A stretch of 64,000 nucleotides of DNA from an uncultured Rhodospirillales bacterium. GTDB lineage: Bacteria; Pseudomonadota; Alphaproteobacteria; Acetobacterales; Acetobacteraceae. The stretch lies in assembly GCA_903844135.1 (NCBI GenBank), contig CAIMSN010000041.1, positions 1,895 through 65,894 of the forward strand, given 5' to 3'. Positions 63,654 through 64,000 of the stretch are shown piece after piece. The notes under the pieces are model-generated. The model was not told where the DNA came from and ran no database searches. It was given only the letters and a program-made list of their open reading frames with translations. The translations under genes and the position numbers were made by a program. Positions within the stretch are counted from its first letter, which is position 1. The number at the start of each line of letters is the position of its first letter.

Positions 63654-63887
63654 TCAGCTCGGCGGGTTCGCCGCGGCGTCAGCCTTCGCCTTCTTGGCGG
63701 CCTCATGATGACCGACCGCGCAACCAGCGGCAGCCCCGAGCACGGCATGATGCCCGGCGACATGGCCGGCGACGCCGCCGACGGCCGCGCCCTTGAGGCA
63801 GCCCTTGGCGGAAGCCGGGCCGGCGAAACCGGCGGAGAGAAGCAGGGTGGCGCCCAGCAGGGCGGAAGCAGTCAGTCTGATGGCCAT
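63654..63887 (-). CDS. small secreted Gly/Ala/His-rich protein (77 aa)
   Basis: The ATG at 63887 has GGAG 9 nt upstream. Signal peptide MAIRLTASALLGATLLLSAGFAGPASA, then KGCLKGAAVGGVAGHVAGHHAVLGAAAGCAVGHHEAAKK. Confidence 0.55.
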   Translation of the reverse strand: MAIRLTASALLGATLLLSAGFAGPASAKGCLKGAAVGGVAGHVAGHHAVLGAAAGCAVGHHEAAKKAKADAAANPPS

Positions 63888-64000
63888 GGTCGATACTCCA
63901 GTGGATCGGCCCGCCACGACGCGCCCGGAATGTGGCCGATTCGCGGTCGCGGGCAGACGCACGGGCTTTTTATGTCAAAGCACGACAGCCGTCACCCGCG

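Overview
This is a high-GC, gene-dense bacterial chromosomal segment. It looks alphaproteobacterial: a Hint_2-type Hint-domain protein, a SigF/NrsF ECF pair, DUF1223, a class I FBA, and many 4-nt ATGA start/stop overlaps. I can support about 60 protein-coding genes, one tRNA-Ser(UGA), several pseudogenes, three ECF-type promoter motifs and a few hairpin terminators. I found no rRNA, no CRISPR array and no intact mobile element.

Layout:
- 1-16 kb: mixed housekeeping genes. These are a DUF445 protein, PEP carboxylase, an MBL hydrolase, an S10 peptidase, a glycosyltransferase plus Hint-domain protein pair, a stand-alone EF-G, L28, an ATM1-type ABC exporter and a NUDIX hydrolase.
- 16.8-23.4 kb: an envelope-stress block with two ECF sigma modules. 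One is sigma / anti-sigma / CpxP-like protein plus three tiny secreted proteins. The other is SigF-NrsF beside cytochrome b, a Mo-oxidoreductase, a Met-rich MXKDX protein and DUF1223.
- 23.4-34.2 kb: mixed metabolism. This covers an LldD-like dehydrogenase plus MFS transporter, DUF488 plus oligopeptidase B, HD-GYP, MtnB-like, GNAT, a serine hydrolase, Tag and a class I aldolase.
- 34.3-48.6 kb: a GntR-associated sugar-acid / 6-deoxyhexose (L-fucose-type) catabolic and ABC uptake locus.
- 48.6-60.7 kb: an accessory, partly decayed region. It holds a frameshifted aconitase-family gene pair, a histidine acid phosphatase, a frameshifted TonB-dependent receptor, an FbpABC-like transporter, a TauD-like dioxygenase, an integrase remnant and an orphan gene abutting tRNA-Ser.
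- 60.9-63.6 kb: a circularly permuted ATP-grasp plus alpha-E pair.

The best leads are:
- A compact SigF regulon marked by three GTAACC-N16-CGAA-type motifs.
- A roughly 90-aa module duplicated across the Hint-protein / glycosyltransferase gene boundary.
- The tRNA-Ser-proximal island remnant carrying an unassignable 291-aa ORF.

All calls come from reading the ORF translations and the DNA by eye. No database search was run. Start codons are often uncertain because high-GC DNA produces long 5' ORF extensions.
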